Below are positions 1 to 14,824 of a stretch of DNA of 64,000 nt, piece after piece (the stretch's first letter is position 1; every line of letters begins with the position of its first letter). The position numbers and the translations under genes are program-made. The stretch is taken from NCBI RefSeq assembly GCF_009914755.1, contig NC_060937.1. One strand, written 5' to 3'. Source of the stretch: the human T2T-CHM13v2.0 reference genome, Homo sapiens. Under the pieces are notes generated by a model. That model was given only the letters and a program-made list of their open reading frames with translations, was not told the DNA's origin and ran no database searches.

Positions 1-25
1 CACACACACACACACACACACACAC
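1..25. repeat. (CA)n microsatellite, truncated by the window edge
   Basis: Perfect CA run. Confidence 0.95.
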
Positions 26-199
26 CATAACAACTATTTTAAAATACGTGAAGGGGTTTTATTTCAAAGAAGCGTAGAACATATTCTTGGGAACTCTATG
101 AATGATGAATGAAGTTACAGCAGACAGGCATTGTCCCAGTGGTGCTTGTGGAAGGAAGAAGGTCTCTTTGGAAGTAATATTTTATCATTTGATGGTATT

Positions 200-591
200 T
201 GTCTTAGTTCATTTTTTGTTACCTATAACAGGATACCTAAAACTGGATAATTTATAAGAAATGAAAGGTATTTCTTATGGTTCTGGAGGCTGAGAAGTCC
301 AAGGTTGAGGGATGACATCTCATGAGTGCCTCCTTGCTGAGGGGACTCTGCAGAGTCCTGAGGTGGCACAGCATATCTCATGATGAGGGGCTCAGAGTGC
401 TAGCTCATGCCTCTCTTCCTCTTCTTATAAAGCCATCAGTCCCACTCCCATTAATCCATTAACCCAATAATCTATTAATCCATGAATGGATTAACTTATT
501 CATGGGGGCAAAGGCCTCATTACCTAATCGCCTCCTAAAAGTTCCACCTCTCAATACTGCCACACTGGGGACAAATATTCAAATCACAGCA
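200..591 (-). mobile_element. MaLR solo LTR (MSTC/MSTD/MLT1A-like)
   Basis: tgtcttagt...ttctggaggctgagaagtccaagg...aaatcacagca; TG..CA ends; flanks GTATT/GTATC resemble a 5-bp TSD. Confidence 0.8.
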
Positions 592-679
592 GTATCAAGC
601 AGATCTGGCTATGAAATTTTTATGAGCATTATAAGCCTTTTCTTTTCATAGTAATTTTTTTTTCAATTAATAACTATAC

Positions 680-1161
680 TATTGAGAAGAACAGTCTACC
701 TTGGTCCATGAGCATCCTTCACATTCTTGCTCAGTTTGTCAGACTGCAAGGCATATGTAGATAGCTACATAGACAACTGAGTAAATTTAAAGAATCATAT
801 CATTCACTCCCAAAAAGAGGGGACTGACTTATTTGCTCCTTGATACAATGTTTGTTGCTTGCTCAAAAGATACTTGATATCTAGCTGGCTTTCTCTCCTG
901 TAACAGCACTTTCTCTAGTGTTGGCATCCATTAAGATCCAACTGTTTTGTGTTCTTCCTACTTCCTCCTCCTCACTACATGGAACAGAAGATAAAGGAGA
1001 ACTGATATAAACATAAAGCTCTGTGTCTTCCATGAGTAATAAAGTCTTTTATCTCTCCTCCAGGGAACTCTTGTCTTCTGCAACTAACCATGGAATAGTA
1101 ACAAGCTAACTTATTAGATTGTAAATAGGGTGAAATCTCAGAAGCATGACAGTTCTAGACA
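680..1161 (+). mobile_element. ERVL solo LTR (LTR41-like)
   Basis: AATAAA near 1038, followed by gctaacttattagattgtaaatagggtgaaatctcag...agttctagaca, which resembles the LTR41 3' end as recalled. Confidence 0.55.
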
Positions 1162-1689
1162 CATAAAAACAGCAGCTGATTTATTCCCTGCTTATGGCCA
1201 TAGTCATGATGCTAATCTCTTTATGTGCATTATGTTATTAATCCTTCACTATAGTCCTTTTGCAATTTGGTTTTGCAGAATGGCTACATAACTCACCCAA
1301 ACTGGTAGAACCAGACATCAAACATGGTAGTTTTACTGACTTGAAAATGCATGCCCATACATCTGTACTGTACCATGCTATCTCATGTTAATATATGATC
1401 CTCTGTCCCCTCACCTACTTGCAAGTATTTTCATTGGCTAAAACACTATAAAACATCATTATCCAGAGTTCAAACTAAGGAAAACTCACCTTGCATTTCT
1501 GTAAATTTATTTCTTAATATTCCCGACTTTCCATCAGGCCTGACCTATTTGGTAGTCTCTTTTTTTATTCATGCTTTCCTAGGTTCTATGGTTCAGTTGG
1601 AAGGCAGGGCATAGAGATGGGCTGCAAAGTGGTGAGACTGTGGTGGTTACTGAAAGCAACCCTTCAATTTACTCTCTTCTTGCTATGTC

Positions 1690-4600
1690 AAGGTTAATAT
1701 ACAAAATCATTTGTGTATTTATATACTAAAATTCAATAAATGGAAATTGGAATTTTATTCTTATTTATTCATTTGTTTCATTATTTTTTGAGACCAGGTA
1801 TCACTCTGTCACTCAGGCTGGAGCATACTGATGCAATCACAGTTCACTGCAGCCTCGACCTCATAGGCCCAAGTGATCCTCCCACCTCAGCCTCCTGAGT
1901 AGCTGGGACTACAGGCATGCACCACCACAGCTGGCTAACTTTTTACTTTTTGTAGAGAAGGGGCTCACTATGTTGCCCAGGCTGGTCTCAGTCTCCTAGA
2001 CTTAAGCAATCCTTCTACAGTCAGCCTCGGCATTTTAAAATACATTCTTAAAACCATAAAACAGAATAAATCTAAAAATTATTTGGAAGATTTTCATTCT
2101 GAAAGCTAAAACATATTGATGAAGGAAATTGACAAAGATCAAAATAAAGGTACTTGTTTTCATGCATGACACAAGTTGAGATTGTCAGTATTTCAATCCT
2201 CACCAAACTGATTTATCAATTGAATGCAATGCTAATCAAAATCACAACAGGTATTTTTGTAAAAATTCACAAACAAATTCAAAATGTATATGAAAATGCT
2301 AAAGATCTCTAATTGCCAGATAATTTTCAAAGTGAAAACAAAGTTGGATGACTCACATGACTGGTTTCAAGGCTAAATGAGGAGATACATGAATCAAGAC
2401 AGTGTAGTGTTGATTTAAGAATGAATGATTACATCAATGAATGATAATGAATGATTATATCAATGAAACACACTAGAGAGTCCCAAAGTAAACCCACACA
2501 GATATGGTCAATTGATTTTTCACAAATATGTCCCGCTAAATGAAAGTGAAAGTCATTTTTTAAAAAACAATGCTGAAACATTTGGACATCCATATGAGAA
2601 AATAATGTACTTCAACTCATATACAGCACTGTATACAAAAAGCAACTCACAATGGATCGTAGGTCAAAGTGTAAAGCTTAAAATTGTACAAATCCTAGAG
2701 TAAAACCCAGGAGAAATTTTTGGTAACATTGGGTTATGAAAGGAACTTAGATAAGTCACAGAAGCACAAACTGTAAGAGAATTTTTTTCTTTGAAACACA
2801 ATTATGCAAATAAAACTACAAAGATGCTGAGTGGGAGAGAATATTTGCCAAGAGCTTATCTGATAAATGAGTTGGATACAGAATATATAAAGTCAATAAT
2901 CTGAAAACAAAGAAACCAATATAAATAGTCAAAAGATTTGAGCCCACATTTTACCAAAGAAGAGAAACTTTGTATGGAACTACAAAAACTCTAAATAGCA
3001 AAAGCTATTTATTTCAGAAGGAGCAAAGTTGAAAGCATCACATCCCCTGATTTCAAACTATATTACAAAGCTATAGTAATCAAAATAGTATGATAGTGGC
3101 AATAAAACAGACACATAGACCATTGGAACAGAATGGAAAGTGCAGAAATAAACCCAAGCATATATTGTCAACTGATCTTTGACAGGACTGCCAAGACCCA
3201 ATAGGGAAAAGAAAGTTACTTTAATAATTGGTACTAGGAAAACTGGATATTCACATACAAAAGAATGAAATTGGACCCTTTTCTTACACCATGTAGAAAA
3301 ATTAAGTCAAAATGGATGAAAGACTTAAATATAAAAACCATAAACCTCAAAAAAAATCAAGAAGCTCCTCAACAACTTTTGTGGCAGTGAGTTTTATGGA
3401 TATGACACCAGAAGAAAAAAGCACAGATGACAAAAGAAAAAATAAGTCAGTTACATCAGACTATAAGGCTTCTGCACAGCAAAGAAAACAATAAAATCAA
3501 CAAAATGAAAAAGTAGCATGTTGAATGGGAGAAAATAATTGCAAACCATATACTTAGGTATATATACATATATGTGCATATGTATGTGCAAATACATATG
3601 ATAAGGGGTAAATATCTAAAGTATGTAATGAACTCACACAGCTCACTGTAAAAAAAAACCTCTAAGTTTTTAATATGAGCAAAGAACCTGAACAGACATT
3701 TTTCCAAAGAAGATATACAATTTTGTCCAACAGGTATATGAAAAGGTACTCAACATCAGAGAAATTTAAATTTAAAGCACAACAAAATACCACCTCACAC
3801 CTGTAAGGAAGACAATTATCAAAAAGACAAGAGATAACTAGTGTTGGTGAGGGTGTGTAGAAAAGGGACTCCTTGAACACTGTTTGTGGGGATGCAAAGT
3901 GGTATAGTTGCTACGGAAACAAGTATGGAGTTTCCTCAAAAAATTAAAAAATAGAACTACCACATGATCCAGTATTGCAATTCTGGATATTTTATTCAAA
4001 AGAAATGAAATCAAGATCTCAAAGAGGTATGTACTGTCCCATGTTCATTTCAGCATTATTCACGATAGTAATAATGGAAACAATCTAAGGCCCACGAACA
4101 GATGAAAGGGTAAAGAAATTGTGGTACGTATCTACAGAATATTATTCAGCTACCAAAAAATAAAAAGAAATTCTATCATTTGCAGTGGATCAACATGGAA
4201 GACATTAGGCCAAGTGAAGTAAGCCAGACACAGACCGACAAATATTACATGATCTTGCTTATGTGTGGACTCTTAAAAACCTGAAAATCACAGAAGCAGA
4301 GAGTAGAACGGTGGCTGCCAGTTATTGGAGAGTGGGAGCAAGGGAAGGTGTCAGTCACAGAGCACACACTTGGAGTCATAAGATGAGCAAATTTTGGAGA
4401 TCTAGTGTGACATGTTAATTAATAGAATTGTAGTTGCCTTTACAAAATGTATATCTAATCACATTATACACCTTAAATATATTCCATTTTTATTTAATAA
4501 GTATTTTAAAATAAGAAAATGAAATTCAAATAAAAATCACAGTGTGAGAAGCCACTAACACATCTAATAATAATTGACTCCAAGGAGCACAAAGGGTCTC

Positions 4601-4740
4601 TTGGAGGTGATAAAGTATTCTATACATTGCTGGTTATTTTGCCTATGCAACTATGTATATCAGTCCAATCTCACTGAACTAAACAACAAAGGGTGAATTT
4701 TACTGTATGTAAACTAGACCTCAAACAAATAGAAGTTTAA
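1690..4740 (+). mobile_element. Old L1M ORF2/3'UTR relics; a younger L1MA/MB-type copy (about 2968-4510) is nested in an older copy
   Basis: Degenerate ORF2 sequence (cttcaaactatattacaaagctatagtaatcaaa, ttggacccttttcttacacc) occurs twice in succession; two distinct 3' ends near 4500 and 4740. Confidence 0.75.
1765..2031 (-). mobile_element. AluJ-like, 5'-truncated
   Basis: T-rich tail, then gagaccagg...cagcctcctgagtagctgggactacagg...gttgcccaggctggtctc. Confidence 0.85.
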
Positions 4741-5537
4741 AAGAGGCAAAAAAAAATTGCACTTAGCTCTTATTAGAATCCCAGTGACTATGGTAGACTA
4801 CATGAAATAATTATGTTTACATAGATTGCACTTGATTAAATACACGTGCATTTCTGCTTATAAGGTAACAATTTAGGAGGCACATTTTTAAATCTTAGTG
4901 ATACAATGCAACATTTATCATTTATTTTCTATTTATTTTTAATGAACATTATAAAAATAATGGCTGTATTTTGGGAATAAAGTCAATAGAAGAATAAAAA
5001 GTTAAGTATCTTTTATTTTTTGGCTTTGTTTGAGCTGTATAGAATTAACAAAAGTTACTCTGCTTGTAATATTGCAGTCCTTAAAGATATTATTATTTTT
5101 AATTCTCATATTATTATTCCATCGCAAACTTGAAGTTTTGCCCATGATTTTGTATTTTAAATCCTAAATGAGTAATTTTTAAACTAATTATACAATTATG
5201 CCTTTATTCAGTTGTTTGCAATCCATTTTTGCATTTACATGTTAAATCTTGTCTAGTTCAGCCATGCATTTCAATCCCAGCTCTTAAGTTGTTTATTGAT
5301 TCATCTATTATAGTCAGATATACATGTGTAAACATTTTCTTCTGGAGTTCAAATAAGTATATATTTTTTTCTTTTAAAATTAAAGTTGAATAAAGTTTGG
5401 AATTAATTTTTTAAAAGTTTACAGATTTCTTACTAATTTTTTTCCTGCAGTTTATAAGAAATATTTCTTATCTGAATAAAACCACTGTCATAGTCCAACT
5501 ATCCTGTATTGGTAATTTTCGATTGATAAAACATTAG

Positions 5538-5783
<246 letters not shown>

Positions 5784-6528
5784 TAAAATCCAACATATTT
5801 CAAAAACAAATGCGCACTAATTTGCATTCAAAGACAATTAATGCATAGATTAATATTTTGCTTGCAGTTTTCATAAACAATTAGTGCATTCTGCTGATCA
5901 ACAAACATAATTGCTATTGTGCTTTACAATTTGAATTTTGGTTTTGACTTATAACCAGGAATATAAGCTCAGCCAGCGCATTAGTTCTTGAATATTTCCA
6001 GTTGAGTCATTTGTCATTATTTTGATTTTTATGTATTCTGTGTTTTCTTGGTTTATTTCAATGACCCAAATATTTATGAACAAGAAGGGCAAACCAGTCA
6101 CTGAATCATTTATTCTTAAAAGTAACTGTGGTCATGCATTGCATGTGTATCTGTACGTGTCTGTGTGTTTATGTTGCGTGTGTGTGTGTGCATATGTGTA
6201 CTTGTCTGGTGCCTAAGTTATGGGAGGTAATTTTGGATTTGAAGGGGGAGAGGGGAATGAGCTTGGAGTTATGGCAATTAATGTATTTTATTATGGCCAC
6301 AGAAATAAATGATTTTGTATATTTCTGTTTTATAAGTGGCAGAATAACTTGCATCCTTGAAAATAGCTTTCTTCAGTGTATCTAATTTTTAATATTTTAT
6401 AGATATTTTAGCCAGGTTTTCTAAAGATCTTCTTCTTAAAATTTAATTTTAACTTTATTAATTTTTGTTATTTCAAGTAACTAAAGCAGATAAACAAAAC
6501 ATCTGAAACACTTTTAAATTTTAGCAGG

Positions 6529-6913
6529 TGTATTCATCTGCTCAAGCTGCCATGACAAAACACCACAGTCTGGGTGGCTTGGACAACAGAAATGCATTTC
6601 TCACAGTCGTGGAGGCATCTGGATTCTGAGGGTCCAAGGTCAAGGTGCAGGTTGACTGAAGGTGCAGGGTGCCTTCCCACTGCTGTGTCCTTGCAGGGCG
6701 GACAGCAGGAGGCAGGGAAAATGGGAAGGAGGAAGAGGCAGGGAGGAGCAGGGAGAGGGCACTCTCTGGAGCAATCTTGTAGGCTTAGGATCCCACCCTT
6801 ATGATTTCATTTAACCTAAATCACTTCCTTATAGGCTCTATCTCCAAATACAGTTGCATTAGGGATGGGGGCTTCCACATATGAGTTTGGAGAAATACAA
6901 TTAGTCCACAGTA
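6529..6913 (-). mobile_element. MaLR LTR (MLT1A-like)
   Basis: gctgccatgacaaaacaccacagtctgggtggcttggacaacagaaatgcatttctcacagt...tctccaaatacagt...gcttccacatatgagtttgg. Confidence 0.75.
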
Positions 6914-6961
6914 CTAGACAAATCAAAGGTTAGGTAAAATTTAAGAGAAAATATGTATATA

Positions 6962-7281
<320 letters not shown>

Positions 7282-9754
7282 TGACATTCCAAGTGTTTCT
7301 GAGCCATATAATTTGTGTACTTTAGTGTCTGGCATAACTTTCCATTTCTGGTTATGATTTAATACTATCCTGTATAGAGGAAAAATGACTATTAATTAAC
7401 TAGTGTCTAGCACCCTCTTACTCCTCATACATTTTAACACTTATGCCCATAAATTTAGTAATTTAAAAGTTTGGTTTTTGTTTTCATTACAGATATTTAA
7501 GACTCAAATTAGTTTGCAGTGAGTGTTGAGGAAACAAATTTCTGAGTTATTTTACAACAGTTGAAACTCAAGAATGAGTTCTGTTTCCTAATTGTTTTCA
7601 TGGGAAGCCACTTTGAATAAAGTCTTATGGGTGCTTTCTCTTGTTATATATAAACCCATTACTGCTCACCTTTAGCTTTTACAAAATAATATCATTATAT
7701 ATATATACATACATATATATACACACACATACATGTGTGTATATACATATATCCTTTGGGGGGGAATATTTTATTTTTAATAATTTGTTTATTGATTAAA
7801 ATATTACATTGTAGGATTCTATTAGAATAGTTATGTGAGCAAAGAAATTGAGTGTGACTGACAATTGAACACTATTTTTAAACTTATGGAGTTATTTTCC
7901 TCATATTTTAATTTGTTATTAAGAATGGGAATATTAATGTTATTTATTACATAACCTAGAGAAATTAAAGATAACTTTAAAATGTATTTTTGTTTTTACT
8001 GGCATTGTTTTGAAGTATTTTTTCTTAATTCATTTATATAAATTGTGGGAAATCTCAGGCTAATTGATTTCCTACTGTTCAAATTAACTAACATTCAAAA
8101 ACTTTTGAATGCAATTATTGATATGGCATGACTTTTAGTCAATGTGTATATGTGAAATTATTGTACATTTCTATTAATTTGCTTTCAAGCTGTATTAATT
8201 AGGTGTTTGAGTTTAGCAGTAGTAAGTACAATGATAATCATTTATTTAATTAAAGAAGAGCAAACTAGGTCAACCATTTCATCAAGGTACTGAGATTTCT
8301 CCCTCTGTGGAGTTAAAACAATTTCTGATTAGCAGATTGATTGCTTTTTAAGTGGTAATTTAATAAGACGTTTCTAAAAGACATAAAGTGTTCTTCAAAT
8401 ATAAGACATTCACGACATAAAAATATCAAGTGTAATCTTCACAGGATAACTTTTCTGTTTTGATGTAGACTTTTTATAATTGTATCCTAGACATAAAAAG
8501 TAATTGTAACCATGCTCTATTTATGCATTATTAGAGAGGAAGTGGCAGCTACACAGGCTTTATGCTCCTGTGTATTTATGTCCTAATATTCACCCAGTAA
8601 TATGCCGCATGGTATCCATCATGTTCTCATATGTTCTTGCCCACAAGGTGCTAGCTGTATGGTTCTCTCCAGGGAAGAGCAGCGTGGTAAACTGAGTGGA
8701 TTATATATTCACATTTCATAGGAAAGCTTTCCAAAACACTTTTCAAAGCCATAAAGCTCTAATTAACATTTTAGAGATAAATACATCATGTGGAAAATTT
8801 TAAAAAATTAAAATAAAAACTACTTTGCATCTCTCTTTCCAGATTTTTATAAAGTGTAGGTCTTATCAAATGGTAACTGTGTAAATGAATACTAAAGGCT
8901 TGATTTGACATTTTATTTTTTTTAATTTCCGAGAACCACTAAAATTAACATTTGTTTTTATAATATCTCTGAGAACACAGAATGTTTCTTAAATTGATTA
9001 TAATGTGCAAGACTTCCTTCTCTTCCCTTTCCCTCCTGGTTTCCTTTCCCATCCCATCCCTCCCCGACCTCCTGGGTTTTTTCATTTTTTTCTTGGTTCC
9101 CTAACTTCTTATTTTCCCTCTTTCCTCTCTTTCTCCCTTCAGACATTTTTATTTAAATTAGGTTTAAGGTTGAAATTGAAGTCAAGTCTTCATTCCGTTT
9201 GGTGAAGTTATGACAGCCTGGAGTAGAGAGAGAGCGGGAAAGAGGCGTGCAGCTTTGCCGTGGTTCAGGTCTGCAGCTCTGGAGCTCTATGGAAGTCCCA
9301 TAGCCTTACTGAGCCTCATGTGCAAAATGGGTACATAGGACTGGGCTTGTATGGTTGTTAGGAAGATGACAGGAGATGGATGTATTATTTGTACTATCAT
9401 TATTATATAGACTGACTGTATGTGACTGACTGGAATTGCATACTCCGGTTTTGCCAGAGCAGTAGTCTTCTACTCCCTGCCCGGATCTGTTCTAAATTCA
9501 TGTAGTTCCACTCAACATATCCACAGGACTTTATACTTTTCAATGTAAATGTAGATTATTTTAGAAAATAATAATGCAAAATAATGTGTTATGTTGGTTA
9601 ACATTTCAAAGCTTAGAAATGCGTTCACCTGCACTATCTTAATCCTCAAAATGTCACTGTGAGCAGGTTATTTTCTGCTTTCACTACATAACTAAAACTC
9701 AAGTTTCAAACTGAATTTCAAGCTGACCAAACTTAAACTCAAGAAAGTTAAGCA

Positions 9755-10056
9755 GGCTGGGAGTGGTGGCTTACTCCAATGATCCCAGCACTAGAGGCCA
9801 AGGTGGGAGGATTGCTTGAGGCCAGCAGTTCAAGACCAGCCCGGCAACATAGCAAAACCCCATCTCTACAAAATATTTAAAACGTAGCAGGGTTTGGTGG
9901 CGCAGGGCCTGGTGGCACACACCGGTGGTCCCACCAACTCAAGAGACTGAGGTGGGAGGATTGCTTGAGTTCAGAAGTTGGAGGCTGCGGTGAGCTAGGA
10001 CGTCATCACTGCACTCCAGCATGTACTATAAAGTGCGAGCCTGTCTTGACGAAAAA
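9755..10056 (+). mobile_element. AluJ-like with TSD, inserted in a MIR relic
   Basis: ggctgggagtggtggc...cactgcactccagc; AAAGTTAAGCA on both flanks. Confidence 0.88.
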
Positions 10057-10273
10057 AAGTTAAGCAAATTGTCTAGAATCACAAATGTTTCTTTTATTTT
10101 GTATCCAGTGCTCTTTTGGGGGCACCACAGCAGGTTTCTAAGATCCGCTAAAACTTTCTTCCTGTAGTCCACAGAGACACAAGCACATGTGTGCACGAGC
10201 ACACAGATCTGCAGCCAGGGAAAGGGAAAGGGCCTGGTAGACTTCACTATTTAAGAAACACTTGGCAGAATAA

Positions 10274-10722
<449 letters not shown>

Positions 10723-10746
10723 TAACACACAGTCTTTTTTTTTTTT

Positions 10747-10848
10747 AATTTCCTCCTTTGTGTGTGTGTGTGTGTGTGTGTGTGTAACTTATCCATACTG
10801 GGTTATTTGCCCCTAGACTGCCTTCCTCCAAATCCTGTTGAATTTCCT

Positions 10849-10897
<49 letters not shown>

Positions 10898-11418
10898 CTT
10901 ATCCATACTGGGTTATTTGTGCCTAGACTGCCTTCTTCCAAATCCTGTTGAATTTCCTCTTTTTTTTTTTTTAACTCATCCATACTGGGTTATTTGCCCC
11001 TAGACTGCCTTCCTCCAAATCCTGTTGAATTTCCTCTTTTTGTGTGTGTGTAACTTATCCATACTGGATTATTTGCACCTAGACTGCCTTCCTCCAAATC
11101 CTGTTGAATTTCCTCTTTTTTTTTTTTTAACTCATCCATACTGGGTTATTTGCGCCTAGACTGCCTTCCTCCAAATCCTGTTGAATTTCCTCTTTTTTTG
11201 TGTGTGTAACTTATCCATACTGGGTTATTTGTGCCTAGACTGCCTTCCTCCAAATCCTGTTGAATTTCCTCTTTTTTTGTGTGTGTAACTTATCCATACT
11301 GGGTTATTTGCGCCTAGACTGCCTTCCTCCAAATCCTGTTGAATTTCCTCTTTTTGTGTGTGTAACTTATCCATACTGGGTTATTTGCGCCTAGACTGCC
11401 TTCCTCCAAATCCTGTTG
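10747..11418. repeat. Minisatellite of 8 units (77-110 bp), each with an internal variable poly-T/(GT)n tract
   Basis: Constant core aacttatccatactgggttatttgYVcctagactgccttcctccaaatcctgttg-aatttcctc; units start at 10747, 10841, 10951, 11028, 11107, 11184, 11263, 11342. Confidence 0.95.
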
Positions 11419-12949
11419 CCCTGATCCCACAGGTCAGACCATCTCTGTTGCCCCCTGGGCTTCTACTCCCTGGACATGTGCTACCAACCTCCCAGAGAGA
11501 AATCACAAACAAGCAAACGCAAGACAACATGGTAAAGCCCATGGTACTCAAAACAGCGTCCACACAATGGAGACGAGGGATCAGCAAATTCAGAATACTT
11601 TCAAAACTTAAATTAGCTTTGGATCGCAAAACATTTCTCAAGGTGTTTCCCCTGAATTCTTCCTTGTCTTCTAAATTATGCCTATCTTGTGTTTTAGATC
11701 TCTCCTTTTAGAAATATATAGAATAAAAACCATAATGGTCAATTTTGGAGAGGACAGGCAATCTTTTGTACTTATCTGGTAATTATTGTTATAATTGTTT
11801 GGTAGACATTGGTGGTGCCCACTTTTCAGCCTACAACTGCAACATAAAAACATTCACAGACATATTTTTTACTTTTCTTTCTACTTGTCAGCTGTCACAA
11901 TGCTTTTGAAATCTATAAAGAATCTGCTCCTTTGATAGCCTCGCTTAAGATTGATTATCAAAGCTTCCTTTCAGGTCATTTTGGAATCTTGACGTGAGAA
12001 ATGCAAGGAACTCTTCCCTTGATCTGCTCTCACACTGGCTCTGCCCCACTGTGTAACTATAAACAGGCTAGGGAGTAGTCACATTTTTAGTGTCAGCCTA
12101 GTACTTTCTCTGACCCATGTAACAGCTGTGCCACTGAAAACGAGAATCCACAGGAATACCAATGAGATGTCTGTGATAGCTGTTCCAGGCTTGCTGGAAC
12201 AAATGCAGAACTTCTGTTAGTACTATTCATGTTTTTGCTAAATGTGCACACAGAAATTTGCATTGAAATTGTTAGCATCGTGACTGTAAGAAGGATCTTA
12301 TTATCTTAGCATAAATCATTACTCCTGAAGAAAACACAAATCTTACTCTTGATTTTCCTCTTTTTATGATTTCTTTAGGAGTTAAAGATGTATGCTAACT
12401 TGCTGGAGAGTTTTGCCTTCTTTTTGCATTACTCAAAGTTACTGCAATCATTTATTGATTTACATCAAATTATGTACATGTATGAATATGCATATGGATT
12501 AATTTTTGTACATGCATACGTGCATGCCTACATAGTTTTGGGGGTTGTCTATATGTGTGTGTAAGTTTATGTACTTTGCAGAAATGTTGCAAAGATATTA
12601 AAAAGAAAATATATTTACATCCATCCCTAAATTGATGGTGAAAGCTCCCTTTCATGTGTCTCTCTACATAATGACTTTTGCCACAAGTGATTTCTCCTCT
12701 AGAAAATACATTCTTACCTAATTGCACATGTTTTCTAGATTCCTTTTATATCCAAAGGCAAGCATTCCAGTCTGTGATCCTGGACTGCGTAAAAATTATC
12801 CATCTCTATAAGAAAACCTTCAATCTTGTCTAAATCAATTCTAGTTAGGAAATCAAGTGCAACTTAGTTGCATACAGTTGCATATGGCAGCTCCTCTTTT
12901 TCTTAAATTAATCAAAGTCCAATCCATTCCTCCTCCTCTTTGACCTCTT

Positions 12950-13576
12950 CCTTGGGCCACCTTTTTCTAGAGCTTGCTAGCTGGTCTCACCACTCCCGCC
13001 TTTTCTCTGCTGCAGCTGCCAGGGTGTCATCTTAGCACCGTGAAACTGGTCTTGTGGTCCCCATGCTCAGTCCCCTCCATGACTTTCACTAATTCCTGGA
13101 ATGTAGCAGCTCTTCCTCAGGGCCCAGGAAGCTTTTCCAGCTCCTTCAATATCCCCTGCTGCTGCCTCCTCCCACCTCCTCCACGCCAGGGCATGTTCTA
13201 GGGCCTCCCACACACCCATCTCCTCCCGACCTTACAGCCCTCACCATGTCCTTCCCTCTCCCAGAGACATCTCTCCCCACATCCCACAGTACTGCCTTTT
13301 AAAATTATGTCCAATTTCAGTGTCAACGTGACCTCTTCAAAGACGACTTCTCAGATAATCTAAAGTGAAATTTTTCTCTTTTCAAAGCATCCTGTTTTTC
13401 CCTTCACGTACATTTTGTACTTGTCATTTCTTATTTCTGTCCTAACTTCTCCCCCCAGCCCCCCAGTAGGGGAAGTCACAAACATCATTCCTTTTTTCCT
13501 CTTTGTGCTAAACCTCTAGCACAATGGCCAACAAAGAAGGTAAGCAAGGGAAATTTGGCCCATTATTGAATAGATG
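12950..13576 (+). mobile_element. L2 3' fragment
   Basis: C/T-rich degenerate L2 sequence ending cctctagcacaatggcc...ttattgaatagatg. Confidence 0.5.
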
Positions 13577-13639
13577 TCATCAGATGTTTCCATTATCCAC
13601 TGGAATTCCGCCTGTTCCCCAGTGGTTATCATGCCAGTT

Positions 13640-13740
13640 TTGCTTCTGACTTATCAGCTGTGTGACCCTAGAAAAACTACATGTCCTCTCTGGGCCTTAA
13701 GTTCTTCATCCTTTAAATAAGGATGCTATAACAATGAATG
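13640..13740 (+). mobile_element. MIR fragment
   Basis: cagctgtgtgaccctagaaaa...ctctctgggccttaagttcttcatc MIR core. Confidence 0.65.
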
Positions 13741-14824
13741 CCAAAATTTTAAAAAAATGTTATTCAGCAGAAGAACCTTCCTCAGAAAGAAATACGTGAA
13801 CGAGAACTCTGATTCCTAAAGCAAAGGAAAGCTGAGCATCTTTGCTGAGAACAGCGCGGACAGACCCAGGGCCCTCCACACTCACCCGCATCCCTCCCTC
13901 CAACAGCTCCAAGGGAAGCTGGTAGGAAGTTACATGGTCTCCGTGGCCCCTACATGTGTTACTAAGGGCACTAATGAGGCACACTTAGCTGCAGAGGAGG
14001 CACTGGGCCAAATTTTCCTCGTATATTTAATTCCCTCAACCACTTTATGAAGTATAGACTATGTTTCATCACATAGAGAATGAAAAGCAGCTTCATGATG
14101 TTAAGGTAGAAAAATATTCAAGAACTCACAGATTGGAAGATGTACAACTGGGGTTTAAACACTGTTGTTCATACAGCTGAATACAAATAATTGATGTTTC
14201 AGAGGTAGATGAGCTCGCATTTTCTAACATTTGAAGTAGGGAAGCTCAAATTCATGTCTAAGATATTGACCTGAATTTGTGTGACCGATGAAAGCAGAAT
14301 TAAAAACTGCCTGGATCAAGACCACCAGTTCCTTCGCCTAAGGGCTACGCCGAAGGCAGCATCACTTCTATGGTCGCGCCTCTCTCTGAGAGCTGTCAGT
14401 CTAGGTAGCGCTCGGTGCCTATGAGACTCCGCAAAGTGGAACTCAGTGTATAATGTGAAAAAGTTGATATCAAACAATTTCAAAATTGTTTTGACAACCC
14501 AGGAAACACTGGCATAGCTGGAACATTATGACTTCTATTTTTATCAACAAAAAGTACCAGTTTTTGGCTGCAACTCCTGAACGATTCAAGTAGATAATTC
14601 TGACAGCATCAAAGCCTTAAAGCTATGCCCCTAACCCAACATTAAATAACTAATTTTAGGAAAACTATATTATATGCTTGGTGTAGGTTAATGCTGAAAG
14701 ATATTTGGAAATACGTTTCCTTTAAATGTTGCAAAGTAGTTAAAATAATGAACTCAGGGTGTTTGAGTTTGTGCATCTTGGTGGGGAAGGGTACAGGCTT
14801 GTTGTTGATATTTCTGAGATCTAG

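Noticed and set aside
2420-2467. Short tandem duplication of about 27 bp
   Set aside because: Ordinary slippage inside a decayed L1; no functional implication.
10747-11418. CRISPR-like repeat-spacer array
   Set aside because: The spacers are only poly-T/(GT)n, the repeats are about 64 bp, there are no cas genes and the context is a primate intron. It is a minisatellite.
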